The notes below the pieces were generated by a model. The model was given only the letters and a program-made list of their open reading frames with translations. It had not been told where the DNA came from and ran no database searches. Of a DNA stretch of 64,000 bases, positions 17,645 through 27,791 are shown piece after piece (within the stretch, counting starts at the first letter, position 1; the number at the start of each line of letters is the position of its first letter). The stretch is from IMG/VR virus record IMGVR_UViG_3300013947_000021, positions 1-64,000 of that record, one strand, 5' to 3'. Both the position numbers and the translations under genes were made by a program. This DNA is from a virus. Lineage: Duplodnaviria > Caudoviricetes.

Positions 17645-19303
17645 TTAATATGATATACCTACTGAAGAGAATATATTATCATCATTATCTGACTGCATAA
17701 TTAATCCCATATCTTTAATAGGATTATTCTGATATTCAGATTGTTGATAAGCAGAACCAAATTCTTCATCTCTCATACTCTTCTTATAGTTAGGAATTCC
17801 TCCAAAGTCTTCTTCGAGTTTAAGAGAATTTTCCATAAAGGGAAGATAGGCAAATTCCAAATCTCCTGCTTTATATCGAATTTTAATTCTTTGTACACCA
17901 AGATATCTAATTCCAGTATCAGTCAATTCAGGAGCTATTATAAATCCTGCATCTATATTATTTAATATAAGCATAGATTCGCTAATATTACTTCTTCCTA
18001 TAAGTCTAACTAGATCAGACTTACTGGATTTTCTACCTTCATCTATATGCTTTGATGCATCTCTATTTAACTGTGCTACAGTAATAATCGGAATATCTTT
18101 TGTTTCTGCAAATATCTTAAATTCATCTACTATTGCACCATATTCAAGACGAGTATCTTGATATCGCTGAGTAGACCTAATTCTACCTATATAATCCTGA
18201 AACATTGCTATTACTTCCATACCCTGATCTTCAAGGTCTTCGGTAAGACTATATAGATAACTCGTATCCACAGAATTAGATGGCTTAAAGTGAATAATAA
18301 TATCTATAGGAGATTCATCATTTATATATAACTCTCCTTTTTCTCTAAGCATCTTTATTGCTCCATCGGGAGCAAGATTAGTCATATCAGATAATCCAGT
18401 TGCCATACCAAATAATCTTTCAATAGATTCTGTAACTGTATTCTCCATAGTAAGTAATACAATGCATGGCTTCTTTGTAGGATCTTTGGTTTTATAATCT
18501 TTATTATATTTCTTTATTTGATAAAGAATATTAAGCATTACTGTAGATTTACCTTCACCAGGCAATCCAAAATATACATAACATCGTCCATTTTCAAATC
18601 CTCCACCAATTAACTCATTCATGCCTTGCATACCTGTAATGAGTTTTCTTCTAGGAGAACTAAGACTATTATATGTATCATACATGATATTTTCAAAGTA
18701 TCCATCCCTTAATGAAAACATTGTATCTGTTTCAGATTCATTCTTAGAACGTCTGAATTCATTTTGAATATTAGATATCTTATTTTCAAATTCATGTATT
18801 AAGTCTACTTTAGAATTAACAAATCCTGCACCCTTAATTCTATTACAGACATCCATTAAATCGTCTATATTCTTTTCAATAGTAGAATATTTAAGAGATT
18901 CACTAACTGCTGTATTAAGCCAAGTAATTTCAGAATTTGTTAATCCAGTAAACTTATCCAAATCAACTACAGAAGTATCTGTTATACCTCCATATATATG
19001 ACTTACAATCATATATGGATCATTAAGATTATAATCAAGTCTAGCTTCTATACCTTTATTAATAAAATCTACTCGCTTAGATTTATCTGGGTCATTCTTA
19101 TAAACACTAGGATCCAATAAATCCATAAGATTCTTTATATTTACAATATGACCTCTTTTAATAATTGTATTATTTGATACTATACATTTACATATAATAT
19201 CAAGTGTTCGTATATCTATATTAGTAGTAATCTTTGATTTAGAATCAACTACTGCTACAGTGTTTCCTTGTCCAGCGTATTTACTATGTCTATCATTATT
19301 CAA
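17645..19303 (-). CDS. DnaB-like replicative helicase
   Basis: GLPGEGKST, LTMEN, FQDYIG, VAQLNR, KIRY; TTG start after GGAGG. Confidence 0.88.
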   Translation of the reverse strand: MNNDRHSKYAGQGNTVAVVDSKSKITTNIDIRTLDIICKCIVSNNTIIKRGHIVNIKNLMDLLDPSVYKNDPDKSKRVDFINKGIEARLDYNLNDPYMIVSHIYGGITDTSVVDLDKFTGLTNSEITWLNTAVSESLKYSTIEKNIDDLMDVCNRIKGAGFVNSKVDLIHEFENKISNIQNEFRRSKNESETDTMFSLRDGYFENIMYDTYNSLSSPRRKLITGMQGMNELIGGGFENGRCYVYFGLPGEGKSTVMLNILYQIKKYNKDYKTKDPTKKPCIVLLTMENTVTESIERLFGMATGLSDMTNLAPDGAIKMLREKGELYINDESPIDIIIHFKPSNSVDTSYLYSLTEDLEDQGMEVIAMFQDYIGRIRSTQRYQDTRLEYGAIVDEFKIFAETKDIPIITVAQLNRDASKHIDEGRKSSKSDLVRLIGRSNISESMLILNNIDAGFIIAPELTDTGIRYLGVQRIKIRYKAGDLEFAYLPFMENSLKLEEDFGGIPNYKKSMRDEEFGSAYQQSEYQNNPIKDMGLIMQSDNDDNIFSSVGISY

Positions 19304-19351
19304 GGATAAACACCTCCATAATTTAATTAATATATTGTGCTAAAATCTTTA

Positions 19352-20506
19352 TTAGTTGACTTCACTTAAAATAGACTTAAGTTTTTGAACAGTAATAAAT
19401 TCTTCACCTTTATTATGATTAATAAAGGATACAAATTTAGATAATGGATCCATACCAGGGTCAAGCAGGAAATCTAGATCAGAATATTTATTCTTAATTT
19501 CTTCAGTTGTATTAACCTGAGGATCTTTATTTACATATCTCTTTATAGATACATTTTTGTAATTAGCATAGTATTCTTCAATAACTTTCTGGCAAACTTC
19601 ATTGTTTAAATTTGAAAAATCTATCCTAATATTATCTATTCCATTAGCTAATAACTCATTAAGATATTGAATGATATTATTAGGATCATTATACTGAAGA
19701 GTGTTAATATCAATAGTATCATATCTGAATGATTTAATTGGAATAAAATTAGTTACATGCTTAGACATAACTTTATCATGTAATACTATTAAGAATCCTT
19801 TTTCTTCTTCTTCACCAAACTTATATCGAACAGGATTCGAACAGTAATACATATATCCATTTAAGCACATTGCTTTATGAACATGACCACAAATAATAGG
19901 GCCCTTGCAATTAGTAAAATTTTGTAAAGAAAATACAGGATACTTTTTAGAATCGAGATCTTCTTTATTAGCTCCAAATACAGATCCTACCATTGTGCCA
20001 TGAACAAATGCTGTATCATACATTCCAGAATCATATAATAAATTTTCATAATAATCTTTTCCTTTATTATATTCTTCTGGTAAGCAAAGTATTCTTAAAC
20101 CTTGAGCATATATAAATTGAGCATTTTCTACTATACGTATGTCTACACTTGCGTCATCTGGTTCATTAAATATTCTTATTTGCCCACAATCGTGACTTTC
20201 TGTACCAGCAATAATGATTAGTGTAGCAAACTTCATTTCACATAATTCTTTGCATCTTTTAACAAATTCTATTGCATAATATACTGCATCAGAATTTGCC
20301 ATAAACTTTCTATCAAATATATCTCCATCGATAGATAATATATCAAAATCCAATTTACTAATTGGATCTAAAAATTGTTCTTTTAAAATATTATATTCTG
20401 TAGCAGGATCTACACATCCAAAATGTATATCTGCTATATGAATTTCTAATACATGATTTTTCTGCTTTGATGATTCATAATATTTCATTGTAATTCCCTC
20501 ATTCAT
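19352..20506 (-). CDS. SbcD/Mre11-like metallophosphoesterase nuclease
   Basis: DIHFG, GDIFD, GTESHD, FVHG, GHVH. Confidence 0.85.
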   Translation of the reverse strand: MNEGITMKYYESSKQKNHVLEIHIADIHFGCVDPATEYNILKEQFLDPISKLDFDILSIDGDIFDRKFMANSDAVYYAIEFVKRCKELCEMKFATLIIIAGTESHDCGQIRIFNEPDDASVDIRIVENAQFIYAQGLRILCLPEEYNKGKDYYENLLYDSGMYDTAFVHGTMVGSVFGANKEDLDSKKYPVFSLQNFTNCKGPIICGHVHKAMCLNGYMYYCSNPVRYKFGEEEEKGFLIVLHDKVMSKHVTNFIPIKSFRYDTIDINTLQYNDPNNIIQYLNELLANGIDNIRIDFSNLNNEVCQKVIEEYYANYKNVSIKRYVNKDPQVNTTEEIKNKYSDLDFLLDPGMDPLSKFVSFINHNKGEEFITVQKLKSILSEVN

Positions 20507-20509
20507 TAA

Positions 20510-20617
20510 AATAATAAGCTCTAGAGATATTTAATCTCTAGAGCTACGCATATATGCAAGGAGAACAAAAACTCGTGGATTTTTAAAAATATATTAATGG
20601 AGGATAATATATTTTTT
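20510..20617 (-). ncRNA. Candidate anti-SD small RNA 2
   Basis: AACT-N6-TA at 20617-20628; 12-bp hairpin with UCCUCCAU loop; second UUCUCCUU tract; terminator 20517-20545. Confidence 0.42.
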
Positions 20618-20663
20618 ATATAAAAGTTATTAATATATTTTTTATTAATATAAGCCGTAATCA

Positions 20664-21236
20664 TCATAAAACATCATATTTATGCTTCTCCAAATATCTA
20701 TAATGTCTACACTCATCTAATAATTTTACAAATTCAGTAGTTATGATTTCTATACATCTGTTTACCACAGCAATATCAACAGTTCCTACATCTTCCATAG
20801 TCCATTCATTATTTTTAAATGTATAAGATAATGCATATGAGTCATCATAAGATTTCTTTAATTGAATAATAACCGTCATATTATTAAAATTTGCTTTTAA
20901 AGATAAAATTAAGTCATCTTTAGTAATTACAAATCCATATGAACTTGCAGAATATCTTTTAGATGAATATATTCTTGAATCCATATTATTTTTATAATTG
21001 TAAATAAATTCAGCACACTTGATAAAATTGGACATTTCTTTTATAGTAAATATATCTGGACTTCCTTTTAATAATGACTTTTTTATATTTTTAAATTCTT
21101 TAATATATTTAATTTTCTTAAATATATTATTAGCACTCTCTATTTTATAAAGAATACTTACAAATCTATTATCAGATATTGAAAAATCTTTATAATTTTC
21201 TGTATAATCGTCAATTACATTATTAGATCTTTTCAT
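20664..21236 (-). CDS. Hypothetical protein
   Basis: 190-aa ORF, translationally coupled to upstream ORF. Confidence 0.7.
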   Translation of the reverse strand: MKRSNNVIDDYTENYKDFSISDNRFVSILYKIESANNIFKKIKYIKEFKNIKKSLLKGSPDIFTIKEMSNFIKCAEFIYNYKNNMDSRIYSSKRYSASSYGFVITKDDLILSLKANFNNMTVIIQLKKSYDDSYALSYTFKNNEWTMEDVGTVDIAVVNRCIEIITTEFVKLLDECRHYRYLEKHKYDVL

Positions 21237-21967
21237 TTTTTGTTTTCCTTTTTATTATAATTTTTCTTTTTAGAAAATAAAGTTTTCTTTAAGTTCTTAT
21301 AGACATCCATAGTTATTATAGATAATGCATTAGTTATATAAGTCTGAACAAGTAATTCTGTTGTTAAATAATCCACATCTTTTATACTATCATCATACCA
21401 ATTTCTACCATTATTTATTAATTCATTGATATCATATGTACGAGTTATTAAATGCTTTTTATTAGTAATAGATACATTTTCTTCAGATTCATATACTACT
21501 CTAATTTTATCTGTATAATATTTTATATAGTGAATAGTAGAGACTATATCTGAATCTATATTAAAATTATATGAACAAATTAATTGCTTATTTTCAGTAT
21601 CTACAGTTAATATAGATCTATCTTTTACTCTATAATTGATAAATTTATCCTTATCATAAATAAGCCCTACTTTAGCAGTATGAATAAATAAGAATAAATC
21701 AAGTAATGTATCTGATGTATATTTATCTAATGATTTACAAAATCTTTTTGTATCATATTTAGCAAATTCTAGCTGATACAAAATTCTAAGTTTATCAAGT
21801 AGAGTAATCTTTTTCATTTTTTCTCGTTTCTGCGCTTGTATAGAATATATTTGATATTGCGCATTTACAAGTATAGAATTTAATCCATTCATGATATAAC
21901 CCTTATCTTGAAATATTTTGTCCATTTTCATATTATCCTTTATTTTTAAATAAATTATTATAACCAT
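21233..21967 (-). CDS. Hypothetical protein (true start probably MKMDK)
   Basis: ORF within the operon. Confidence 0.7.
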   Translation of the reverse strand: MVIIIYLKIKDNMKMDKIFQDKGYIMNGLNSILVNAQYQIYSIQAQKREKMKKITLLDKLRILYQLEFAKYDTKRFCKSLDKYTSDTLLDLFLFIHTAKVGLIYDKDKFINYRVKDRSILTVDTENKQLICSYNFNIDSDIVSTIHYIKYYTDKIRVVYESEENVSITNKKHLITRTYDINELINNGRNWYDDSIKDVDYLTTELLVQTYITNALSIITMDVYKNLKKTLFSKKKNYNKKENKK

Positions 21968-22643
21968 TTTCTACTGATTTGGTATAATAATAGCTATTAA
22001 GTAATGTAAAGAAACAATCTTCACATAATTGAAAGAATTTTAAATGTTCTTCATTGGCAAATATAAGAGCTTGTTCTTCAAACTCTATATCTTTTTTATT
22101 TAGTTGAAGTATAATAGCACCATCTATATCAATATTTTCAACAGTTCTAAGCATATATGCATATGCTGCTAATTGTATAAAATACTTATATAGAATATGA
22201 TTGCTTGTCTTAAAATCAACTAAATATTTCTTACCATTAATTTCAATAAGACAATCTAATGTACCACCAAATTGGTCACATACTAAAGTCTTTTCTGAAT
22301 ATATGATATTTACATTACTATTTTCTGCAGATATCATGTTATACCATTTAAGAAATCCTTGAAAACATGTATTAGTATCACATATCTTATTCTCTTTTAA
22401 GAATTCTTCTATATGCTTATGCGCTTCTGTTCCTATATTAGCAGCAGAAGTTAAAGCATCTTTATATTTTATTCTTCTAAAACCGAGTGAATTAGCCCAA
22501 TATATAAGAGCATCACTATAAATAGTTGCTGAGAGTACATCAGTTACTCTTGGTACTTTTTCACCTTTTATATTAAAATAATCTGAATTTTCTATATAAA
22601 TTCCTTGTTTTAAACCATTAAGTAATATTGTATTATCTGTCAT
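21933..22643 (-). CDS. PD-(D/E)XK (RecB/lambda-exo-like) nuclease
   Basis: PRVTDVL, GTEAH, E..L, GTLD, DFKTS, QLAAY. Confidence 0.85.
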   Translation of the reverse strand: MTDNTILLNGLKQGIYIENSDYFNIKGEKVPRVTDVLSATIYSDALIYWANSLGFRRIKYKDALTSAANIGTEAHKHIEEFLKENKICDTNTCFQGFLKWYNMISAENSNVNIIYSEKTLVCDQFGGTLDCLIEINGKKYLVDFKTSNHILYKYFIQLAAYAYMLRTVENIDIDGAIILQLNKKDIEFEEQALIFANEEHLKFFQLCEDCFFTLLNSYYYTKSVENGYNNLFKNKG

Positions 22644-22714
22644 ATTAGATAACTCCTTTATTTCTTTATTAAATAAGTTTTCGTATTAATAAATGATAAC
22701 CTTAACCCCGCTTC

Positions 22715-22726
22715 AACATAAAATTA
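22715..22726 (+). promoter_or_regulatory. Late-type promoter motif AACA-N6-TA (representative copy)
   Basis: Also at 1566, 27782, 47684 (-) and 17146, 47727, 47881, 51652, 55806, 60027 (+); AACT/CACA variants at 216, 19328, 20617, 29032, 44735, 59979. Confidence 0.75.
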
Positions 22727-22756
22727 AATATTTATATTAATAGGAGGATTAAAATA

Positions 22757-23710
22757 ATGCCTAAGACATATGCTGCAACCTTTTTATACAATAAGTATGG
22801 TGAGTATGAAAAGGAAATTTTTTCATTCATAATGAATGGAACTGAACTTGATAAAGATACTGAAGATTTTGATGATATTAAATATGAAGTAAAAAAGCGT
22901 CAGGTGTCTAATGCACTTGTAAATGTCCTTGAAAGTAAGAATGTTATTCTTATTAGTGCTGTTAAGCCTCTTCCTAAGGCTTTTAAAGTATTTTGCGCTA
23001 AGGATATTAAGAATTCTAAAAATCCTGAAAAAATGAAGGTATTTATCGACGTATCTAATATCATTAAGAAAAATGAAAAGACGGGTCGATATGAGTGTAA
23101 TAGAAATAATATAGACATATTCATCTCCTATCTTGTTTCTGCTATGCATACATATATATATTATGCAGATCAAAAAAGGATTGCTAATAATAGTCAGCTT
23201 ACCCTTCTTGGTGCTAAGGCATTCTCTTCACTTATTACCTATTGCATAGATTATAAGTGCAAAATTAGTGCTATGCCTAGTGTAAAGAGTAAGTGTATTT
23301 ACCTTGCATCTCTCTATTATCTTTCTAATATTCTTGAAAAGGATTATAATAATGCAGGAAATAGAGATCTTGCTAAGAAAATTTCTAATTTGAGTGATAG
23401 AGAAGCTGATATTATAGATATGAATATAGATAAAGATATGATGCAGAATATTAAGTATTTTGTTGAAGGTGTTGCTGATATTCTTCATCTTAATAAGCTT
23501 ACTCTTGATGTCCTTGTTGAAACTTGGATGACTGTATTTGGAACTGGAACTGTATTTGGACTTGAAATGTTTGGCTCATTTGCGTCTATAATTACTGATG
23601 CATATGTAGGTGCCTATGTAAATAATCAGAAGACTATAGAAAAAGTACTTGGCTCAACCATGGTTGAATTTACTAAGACTATACTTATGATTGGAGCTGA
23701 ATCTGTATGA
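22757..23710 (+). CDS. Late protein, probably structural
   Basis: 317 aa; AGGAGG RBS; AACA-N6-TA at 22715-22726. Confidence 0.75.
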   Translation: MPKTYAATFLYNKYGEYEKEIFSFIMNGTELDKDTEDFDDIKYEVKKRQVSNALVNVLESKNVILISAVKPLPKAFKVFCAKDIKNSKNPEKMKVFIDVSNIIKKNEKTGRYECNRNNIDIFISYLVSAMHTYIYYADQKRIANNSQLTLLGAKAFSSLITYCIDYKCKISAMPSVKSKCIYLASLYYLSNILEKDYNNAGNRDLAKKISNLSDREADIIDMNIDKDMMQNIKYFVEGVADILHLNKLTLDVLVETWMTVFGTGTVFGLEMFGSFASIITDAYVGAYVNNQKTIEKVLGSTMVEFTKTILMIGAESV

Positions 23711-26151
23711 AAAACACAGATGTAATCAAAAATATCAACAAGTATAAGCAGAAATCTACAGATAAACTTAAAGATCAGCAGATAGCTTATATACCTATAA
23801 TTGATGATGGTCAAATTGAGTGTATGGTATCTAGTTATATTCTTGATGGCCAGAGATCTATCATAAATCCTACTAAGTATTTATGTTTTAGACTTAGATA
23901 TCTTAGATTTATGGCTATATCTGGCAGAACCCATCTTCAATATATAAATAAAGAATGGCCTGTAGAAGCTTTAATAACTGGCTCTAGGGGTGAAAAAATA
24001 CTTCATCCATTTACTTTATTTATTAATGGATATTGCATTCCATGGGAAATGATGTCTATTATTATAGGCTATGATGAATATTATCTTTTAATAAATCTTG
24101 AAGATAATGTAGAGATTGCTAATAATATTACTGATGTTAAATTTGCTCAGATAATGAGCCTTCCTGATAGTGTAATTGAAGAAGTTACTAATAGTACTTC
24201 GGACAAAACAATAATGTCTTTTAATGAGAGTGGAGAATATGATACTACAGATGTATCTATAGCATATAATATAAATTCCACAAAAGTAAAAGTATTTAAA
24301 CTTAATAATCTTAAAAATATTGATGCAGTAATTACTAATATAGATAATGATATTGCCATTGATACAAGTAATGCTATAGTATTTAGAAATAAAATACTTG
24401 CTACTAATACTAAAGTAGGTATTATTAGAGGACTTGAAGCAGAGTATGTGAATGAAGTACGTGGAATTACTATTCCATATTTATCAATGGCACCTACTCC
24501 TGTTACTAATCCTAATCCTACAAGTAGATTTGATTCTAATGTCCTTACTATTACAGATCCTAATAATGATGGTAATAGTACTTATGATATAGCTATATGT
24601 GTTAATATTAAATCTAATACATCTGCTAATAATATTTCAAAGATTAAGAGCGAGTCTGTAAAGACTGATGCTCATGCATATAATACTAATTCTCCCAAAT
24701 CATATTGGAATACTCTTAAAACAGATTTCTATATGAATATGGATAGAAATAAGTATTATGATGCTAATATTAAAGATGCCATTAAGGCTATGATGTCATA
24801 TAATTCAGCATTCTTTAATGAAACCTTTAAGAATAGATCTAATCTTATTATAGAAGAATATACTGGTGCTGAAATAAATAGTATGACTACTAATGGAGAA
24901 TTGGTTTTATCTAGAATGCATGATGAAACTTATGATGAATTTATGGTTATGCTTGTAAATGGATCTATGTATGAATTCTATAAGTCTATTAAGTATACCA
25001 ATAGTAGTTGTATAATTCCTATTCAGGGTATAACTGATTCTGATGTAGTTGAAATTTTCAGATTTAAGAATGTAGATAATAATGTATATCATATCAAAGT
25101 TAATGAATCAGATGGATATGTAGAATATTTACCTGAAATAATTAATACAGATATGAACTTATTCTCTTCTGAAACTGATCATAACTATTTTGATTATCCA
25201 TCAGATGGATTACAGTTATTCCCTGTTGAATATACTCTTGATACAGATGCTGATGGAAAGATAAAGATTACTCTTACTAATCCTTTTTATTATGGAAAAG
25301 ATCTTATAGTTGCTTATAAGAATAGATTTAAATGGTTCTCTTATAATCTTACAGAAACTACAGATGAGTTTGTTGTAAATCTTGGGGACAAGTTCTTATA
25401 TTGTAATGATTATCAGAAGTATATGATATTCTATAATGGGAGAAAACTTGGATCTGATCATTATAGGCTTACCCTTCCTGTAAGAGATACTACACCTTTC
25501 TATGATTTTAATATATATCTTACTTTACCTATTAATGCTGGTGATAGACTTGATATAATCTATGTACCTAGCCTTATGTATGATATTTCTATGACAGCTA
25601 CTGCACCAATTAGTGGTGATATTTCTATAGCTAAAGATATTCTTACATATGGACTAAGTACAGACCTCTATATGATATGGATTAATGGTAAGAAAATTCC
25701 TAAGTCTCATATTTCTGATGTATATTCTACTGATTTGAAGATTAATACAGATGAAAAATCTATTCAGACTCTTTGCATAACTAAGTATATTCCCGACATA
25801 GATATTCTTTCAGAAGCATATAAAGATAATACTTCGAAGTGGGATTCTATGAAAGATCAGATTACTGATATTTATAATATGCTTGGAATTAATAGTACTA
25901 CTCTTACTGATACCGAACCTAATATTTATGCTAATGCATTTAATATTAGAAGTATTATGTATGAGCTTGTACGTGAACAGTTTATGATGAACCCGAGAGT
26001 TGACATAACTGAACCGTTTATTTATGACTATCAGGATGTAGATAAGACCCTTATCAGTGGATATGATAAGAAGGGTAATGCTATTCTTGATGGAGTTGCA
26101 GATTCTGAGAAGACTGATAATATTAATAGCATTGAGAGAATCTGGAATTAA
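23707..26151 (+). CDS. Probable virion structural protein
   Basis: 814 aa; repeated F/LxNG beta motifs (LFING, MLVNG, IFYNG, IWING); late operon. Confidence 0.65.
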   Translation: MKNTDVIKNINKYKQKSTDKLKDQQIAYIPIIDDGQIECMVSSYILDGQRSIINPTKYLCFRLRYLRFMAISGRTHLQYINKEWPVEALITGSRGEKILHPFTLFINGYCIPWEMMSIIIGYDEYYLLINLEDNVEIANNITDVKFAQIMSLPDSVIEEVTNSTSDKTIMSFNESGEYDTTDVSIAYNINSTKVKVFKLNNLKNIDAVITNIDNDIAIDTSNAIVFRNKILATNTKVGIIRGLEAEYVNEVRGITIPYLSMAPTPVTNPNPTSRFDSNVLTITDPNNDGNSTYDIAICVNIKSNTSANNISKIKSESVKTDAHAYNTNSPKSYWNTLKTDFYMNMDRNKYYDANIKDAIKAMMSYNSAFFNETFKNRSNLIIEEYTGAEINSMTTNGELVLSRMHDETYDEFMVMLVNGSMYEFYKSIKYTNSSCIIPIQGITDSDVVEIFRFKNVDNNVYHIKVNESDGYVEYLPEIINTDMNLFSSETDHNYFDYPSDGLQLFPVEYTLDTDADGKIKITLTNPFYYGKDLIVAYKNRFKWFSYNLTETTDEFVVNLGDKFLYCNDYQKYMIFYNGRKLGSDHYRLTLPVRDTTPFYDFNIYLTLPINAGDRLDIIYVPSLMYDISMTATAPISGDISIAKDILTYGLSTDLYMIWINGKKIPKSHISDVYSTDLKINTDEKSIQTLCITKYIPDIDILSEAYKDNTSKWDSMKDQITDIYNMLGINSTTLTDTEPNIYANAFNIRSIMYELVREQFMMNPRVDITEPFIYDYQDVDKTLISGYDKKGNAILDGVADSEKTDNINSIERIWN

Positions 26152-26166
26152 TAAGGAGATGAAAAT

Positions 26167-26589
26167 ATGGCAGTAGTAAATGATATAATTAATAATAGCT
26201 TTCTCGATAAGAGTATGCTAGATAAACTTGATACATTTATGGCTAATACAACCACAAATGATATTAATAGAAATACATTTCTTGTCCATAATCTTAGAGA
26301 TAAGACCAATTCTATTACAATATCACTTGTATTTCTTAAAGATTGGGATAGTATAGAAAGTAATTCCTATAATTATACTATAATTCCTGGTGCTGGTGCA
26401 GTTATTACTTTCCCTTGTTATTGGATAGAAATTCCTAAGGAACTTGCAATTCCATATATTATTCTTGTACTTCAAGATGTATATGGAGAAATGGGTCTTG
26501 GAGGAGGATCTTCTTCTGGAGGACTTAATCCTGGATCTGGTGGAAATATAAGTGGTGGAACTACAGGTGGTTGTCCTTGTAGAACATAA
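26167..26589 (+). CDS. Hypothetical protein with Gly-rich tail ending CPCRT
   Basis: 140 aa; AGGAG RBS; terminator ~26592-26627. Confidence 0.75.
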   Translation: MAVVNDIINNSFLDKSMLDKLDTFMANTTTNDINRNTFLVHNLRDKTNSITISLVFLKDWDSIESNSYNYTIIPGAGAVITFPCYWIEIPKELAIPYIILVLQDVYGEMGLGGGSSSGGLNPGSGGNISGGTTGGCPCRT

Positions 26590-26624
26590 AAAATAAAAGA
26601 GAAGGGTTTATACCCTTCTCTTTA

Positions 26625-26945
26625 TTATTCTTTATAATCATTATCAAATGATTCTGATAATAATTTTATGTATTCTGCTAGTATAGCAATGAATGTATTT
26701 AATCTATTATCATTTGTTAATTTATTAGTAGATGCTACTAATGGTGAGTTGAATCCTAAAGCTATTTTCATAGCATTCTTCATTCTATTTACATCTACAT
26801 TAATCATTTCAGCTACGAAAGCATATATATCATTAATGCTATTAATAGCTTTTGGCCTTTTGCTATATACAGTAGCGCACATTACTACCATTATATATGC
26901 TTCACTAAATGAAATAGATTGGTCTGGATGCTTGAAGTAAATCAT
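26625..26945 (-). CDS. Diverged Spo0A C-terminal (DNA-binding) domain-like protein
   Basis: Pattern Y...P..INS..DIY..VA......RM..AM..AL...NTFIAILAEYIKL resembles Spo0A_C; early motif 27005-27018. Confidence 0.5.
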   Translation of the reverse strand: MIYFKHPDQSISFSEAYIMVVMCATVYSKRPKAINSINDIYAFVAEMINVDVNRMKNAMKIALGFNSPLVASTNKLTNDNRLNTFIAILAEYIKLLSESFDNDYKE

Positions 26946-27088
26946 TATCTTTTATTTTTCTCCCTTCTTTTTTTTTTGTAAATTACTCTTATAGTGTCCT
27001 CCTTCATCGAAATATTATATAATCAAATTATCTAGAAATTACAAAAAAAAAAGAAATGGAAGATGCATATGCATCTTCCATATTTTAT

Positions 27089-27604
27089 TTAGTGTCTCTT
27101 TTTACGTTTCTTATTTCTATTATAATTCTGATTATTTACAGGCTGCTGGGTGTTAGTATCATTCTCATCAGTCTCTTCATCAGTAATCTCTTCATCTTCA
27201 GCCTCTTCGTCATCAAATTCATCTTCTTCGGTATCTTCTACATTAGAAGTGCATTCCTCAGAATTACTATTATCATCAATTATCTCATCATTCTGCTTAA
27301 GATCATCCTCGATAATTACATTTGCATGAATAGTAGTAGTCTGAGGAGCTACAGTTTTAGTAGCAGGAGTACTCTTTACAGCATTAGCATTATCAGTATA
27401 ATAATTAGAAAGATTGAGTTTAAGAGTAGAACCATCTTCAAATACTTCAAATACCTGAGCTCTTCTAAGAAGACACTTAAGTATAATTGTAGTACTCATC
27501 TCTACATTCTTAAGAGTTCCATAAATCGGAGGATGAACAGAATTAACAGGAACTCTAGCATTAACATTTACAGTTTTAATATAGGAATTATTCTTTATCT
27601 TCAT
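27089..27604 (-). CDS. Hypothetical protein with acidic tract and basic C-terminus
   Basis: 171 aa; EDTEEDEFDDEEAEDEE tract; ends KKRKKRH. Confidence 0.8.
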   Translation of the reverse strand: MKIKNNSYIKTVNVNARVPVNSVHPPIYGTLKNVEMSTTIILKCLLRRAQVFEVFEDGSTLKLNLSNYYTDNANAVKSTPATKTVAPQTTTIHANVIIEDDLKQNDEIIDDNSNSEECTSNVEDTEEDEFDDEEAEDEEITDEETDENDTNTQQPVNNQNYNRNKKRKKRH

Positions 27605-27762
27605 ACTTCGTCCTCCGTTACGGTATTACTATTTTTATTATTAATTCTTTCAATATCAAAAGAATCAATAAGGCCATCTATAAATGAAAAATTGTCATTT
27701 ATAACATTCATGAAGTTTGTTCTATCCATTTCTTCAATGAACAACTGTTCAACTTTATTCAT
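27601..27762 (-). CDS. Small 53-aa ORF missing from the ORF track (MNKVEQLFIEEMDR...)
   Basis: GGAGG RBS; late motif 27782-27793; ATGA overlap with the next gene. Confidence 0.7.
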   Translation of the reverse strand: MNKVEQLFIEEMDRTNFMNVINDNFSFIDGLIDSFDIERINNKNSNTVTEDEV

Positions 27763-27791
27763 ATTAATCTACCTCCAATCTTACTATACTG

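Noticed and set aside
21933-22643. Cas4 or CRISPR-associated role
   Set aside because: No clear four-Cys Fe-S pattern, and no array or cas genes in the window
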